From: Candidatus Aminicenantes bacterium UBA1061
GTDB lineage: Bacteria; Acidobacteriota; Aminicenantia; Aminicenantales; Saccharicenantaceae
Assembly (NCBI GenBank): GCA_002316315.1
Contig: DCDG01000018.1
Coordinates: 56,074-120,073, forward strand
Direction of reading: 5' to 3'
DNA length: 64,000 nucleotides
Shown one piece after another: positions 61,521 through 64,000 of this stretch (position 1 is the stretch's first letter; every line of letters starts with the position of its first letter). The translations under genes were made by a program, and so were the position numbers. The notes under the pieces were generated by a model. That model was given only the letters and a program-made list of their open reading frames with translations. It had not been told where the DNA came from and searched no databases.

Positions 61521-61924
61521 TTGAAATCTACAAGAAACTGATCCGTTGCGTCACGAGAAAATCTACACGAAAACGTTTTGCCTTCTGGCTAAGGATGAAG
61601 CTAAATTCGGTGGTGAGATTAGCCAGGAGGCGAAGCGATGGGTTTAGAGATGAAAGTTAAAAGAGCGGTCTTAAAGGAGATAGCCTGTAAGTATCAGCGG
61701 AGCTCTAAGAAGGGTAAGGGGCAGGTGCTGGAGGGGCTTCTAGGGCTTATAGCTATAACCGCTGTCATGGTAGCTGGTTATTGCGCAACTGTAGTCGGAA
61801 AGTGGTGATGAGGAGGCTCGACGGGGAGCAGGTAATAGTAATTGGGGAGATAAGGAAGATAAAGCGGAGGCGGAAGAAGGTATTGAGGTGGCTTGTAAAC
61901 ATCAAGTACTTTTTCTACTATTTG

Positions 61925-61996
61925 GGTAAGGACATTTCCCATGGTCACGGTAAGGATATTTCCCACCCTGATGGTAAGCAGATTTCCAATAGTCAG
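61925..61996. repeat. Tandem 24-bp repeat, 3 copies
   Basis: The three units are GGTAAGGACATTTCCCATGGTCAC, GGTAAGGATATTTCCCACCCTGAT and GGTAAGCAGATTTCCAATAGTCAG. Confidence 0.7.
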
Positions 61997-62263
61997 CTGG
62001 AATGATTTAGACCTCCTTTCTTGAGATTAACTTCTTTAAAAGGAGATTTGACGAGACTCACTCCTCTACTGCAATTTGAAAATTATCTTATACACCCGCA
62101 CTGGCGCTATCACCGGCTATAAGTTCAGAAACGCAAAATAAATAGTTGCTGGCATTCCGACCTGCCCTGAGTAATTCTGGACTGACGCAGGCGTCATAAG
62201 CCTGGCTTATTCCGACTCCAGCCGACCGCGACAAGACTCCTATTTGCAGACTGAAGAAGATTA

Positions 62264-63556
62264 TTATTTACTGGCTGAGGGGTCAACTACCCTGCCCATG
62301 AAAAGAATATTGCCGGTAGCTCTGTCCTGAATAATAAAGATAAACGGATGGTCAGCTCTGAAAACCAATTTTTTCACAACCATAGTTACCCCGACGACCA
62401 GGCCCGTAGCGGCTGCCGCTTCTGTTCCCTCCTCATTGACCTCAACAAAGGCCTGGTGGACGACCTCGCTCAGATAAAAATCCCGCCGCCCATTGATTCC
62501 GGAAAAATCTGCTTCGGCCGGGGAAAAGGCGGTGGGCATGCCCATTCTGCCCAGTATGCCCTTTTTACCGCCCATCATGTATTTGGTTTCAAATTTGAAT
62601 TTCGGCAGATAAATATCAATCTTTTCAGATCTCAACTGTTTTTTGTACTCGTTTAGCTTCTCGGCCGTTAGGCCCGGCTCAAGGCTTTTCAAATCTTTTT
62701 TAGGCAGGAGAACCAGCATGGATATTTCCTGGCCAGCGTAAGGAAGTTCTACCAGTTGCAGCTCATCATTTTCCAGATAGTTAAATCGCTTCTCCCTGAT
62801 AGACATCATCGGCACTTTAACTTTCTTCTCCGGGGTGACCATGAATTCTTCCTCTCTGGTGTTGCCCGGAGGGAACTGATTTTCCCAATTGCCCTTAAAA
62901 TAAATGGCGTTGGTCAGAACCAGGCGGGTTAGCTGGTTAAGAACGCCAGGCGGAATTAAATCCTTAATTCTGTTATTGGTCTGTTCTTCAACCCAGTGGT
63001 TTATTATTAGCCGCGAGTTCTCAGTTTCCCTGGCAAAATCCAGATCCGACACTTTCCCGCCGTAATATTTTTCGACCGGGCTGACATATTCAGTTAGAAG
63101 CGGATAGGCTTTCTGAGCCCAGAGGGCATTGGCCGTGCGGAGCTCATATTTTTTGTCCTTCTTATTGATCAGATTAATAATCTCCGCAAATTCCTCTCTC
63201 ATCACCTCGAGACTCTCAGGATAATGAAAAACCTGCTTGATTTCCTGGGCGGTTTGGCCTCTGGCTCCTTCATAGGTCATGGCCATGGCTGTCGACAGAC
63301 TAAAAGGTGAAAAGAAAATATTGCCTGCGTTGTCTTTAAGGTTCAAATAAAGCTCAAAGGCGAATTGATTGGTAGCCGAAGCTATAATGTTCTCTTCATT
63401 CCGGAAAAGCTCCTCTTCACCCTTCTGACTCTCCTCATTGACTAATTCGCTTTTAATTTTATGATTCACCGAACCTCCAGCTGAACAAAATATTGTCCCG
63501 GCAATCAGCAAAGGGGTAAGAGCCAGCACCCAGATCAGTTTAGACCAATTTTTCAC
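62264..63556 (-). CDS. Serpin (serine protease inhibitor), secreted
   Basis: 430 aa with a signal peptide. The serpin core (FSPFSLSTAMAMTYEGARG) and a reactive-centre-loop hinge (GTEAAAATG) are present. Confidence 0.75.
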   Translation of the reverse strand: MKNWSKLIWVLALTPLLIAGTIFCSAGGSVNHKIKSELVNEESQKGEEELFRNEENIIASATNQFAFELYLNLKDNAGNIFFSPFSLSTAMAMTYEGARGQTAQEIKQVFHYPESLEVMREEFAEIINLINKKDKKYELRTANALWAQKAYPLLTEYVSPVEKYYGGKVSDLDFARETENSRLIINHWVEEQTNNRIKDLIPPGVLNQLTRLVLTNAIYFKGNWENQFPPGNTREEEFMVTPEKKVKVPMMSIREKRFNYLENDELQLVELPYAGQEISMLVLLPKKDLKSLEPGLTAEKLNEYKKQLRSEKIDIYLPKFKFETKYMMGGKKGILGRMGMPTAFSPAEADFSGINGRRDFYLSEVVHQAFVEVNEEGTEAAAATGLVVGVTMVVKKLVFRADHPFIFIIQDRATGNILFMGRVVDPSASK

Positions 63557-63748
63557 CTCTTGCCTCCTCTTATCTCGCTTGTTAGTATATCAGGTTTCGT
63601 CGTTTTCCTGAAAATTTAGTTTTCTCCATCGTCTGTCCTGTCCTTTAATTGTTTCCTTTAGTTGTTATATAATTTTTGCAGTTGATAAATTTTTATTTTT
63701 TAAATCAAAAAATTTTTATTTAACTTTAAGACGGAGGTAAAAAGAGAA

Positions 63749-64000
63749 TTGCGATTAAGAAGTAGAAGCTGTGTTTTTTTGTTTGGTCTGCTTTTAGTCG
63801 GATATGCTTATTCTCAGTCCATAAGCCTTTCCTCCCATGTTTCCCAGGAAAAGACAAAAGCAGAAGAGCCAATTGTCACCGTCAGAGTCCTCCCGCCTGA
63901 GCGGCCGGTTCGCCCTGGCCAGGTTTTTGAACTCTCACTTGAGCTTCATATTCTACCTGGTTTTCATATAAATTCAGAAAAGCCAGGCGACGAGCTGCTC
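63749..64000 (+). CDS. Partial CDS (5' part) encoding a secreted protein whose N-terminus resembles the DsbD N-terminal domain
   Basis: A GGAGGT ribosome-binding site is followed by a TTG start and a signal peptide. The sequence ...VTVRVLPPERPVRPGQVFELSLELHILPGFHINSEKPGD resembles DsbD-alpha. The ORF runs off the end of the window. Confidence 0.35.
   Translation, partial: MRLRSRSCVFLFGLLLVGYAYSQSISLSSHVSQEKTKAEEPIVTVRVLPPERPVRPGQVFELSLELHILPGFHINSEKPGDELL

Noticed and set aside
61621-61796. A 57-aa plus-strand ORF (MGLEMKVKRAVLKEIACKYQRSSKKGKGQVLEGLL...) faintly reminiscent of a transposase N-terminus
   Set aside because: It falls below the ORF-track threshold and has only a vague resemblance. 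I cannot assign a family or confirm that it is coding.

Overview
This 64 kb window comes from a bacterial genome of roughly 45% GC, probably an uncultured lineage; the VWFA-related domain protein hints at Acidobacteria-like ancestry. The first ~36 kb is ordinary core genome. It holds a glycine-themed operon (gcvT-gcvH-gcvPA-gcvPB-glyQ-glyS, all on the minus strand), argS, and a gldA/gldF/gldG-like ABC transporter followed by a DUF4340 gene. It also holds a GAF/degenerate-GGDEF protein, a flavodiiron protein, a GNAT acetyltransferase, a DUF1846 protein and a large glycoside-hydrolase-like lipoprotein. Three secreted peptidases are present (M3 Dcp-like, M55 DppA-like, M64-like), together with serS flanked by two tRNA-Ser genes, a DUF72 gene and a LysA-like decarboxylase. 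From ~36.7 kb to the end the sequence is an accessory, rearrangement-prone region. Seven full-length paralogs of a secreted NHL-repeat (6-bladed beta-propeller) lipoprotein family, recognisable by the G-Q/R-G-P-G-E-F/Y signature, sit there, and an eighth pseudogenised copy lies at 7.8-8.6 kb. They are interleaved with thioredoxin-like redoxins, a C39-like peptidase/TPR lipoprotein, a BNR sialidase-like protein, a VWA-like protein, two small Cys-rich secreted peptides and a serpin. A lexA-dinB-dnaE2 SOS mutagenesis cassette is embedded in the array, with the NHL genes themselves divergent across copies and the lexA-dinB-dnaE2 cassette adjacent. The last ~250-300 bp of dnaE2 recurs three more times as ORF-preserving direct repeats between the NHL cassettes. 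Mosaic recombination scars and fragments of IS3- and IS481-family elements are also present. I propose the NHL/thioredoxin/peptidase/small-peptide array punctuated by dnaE2 3'-end repeats as a candidate undescribed cassette system, possibly for extracytoplasmic peptide or protein processing or for surface variation.
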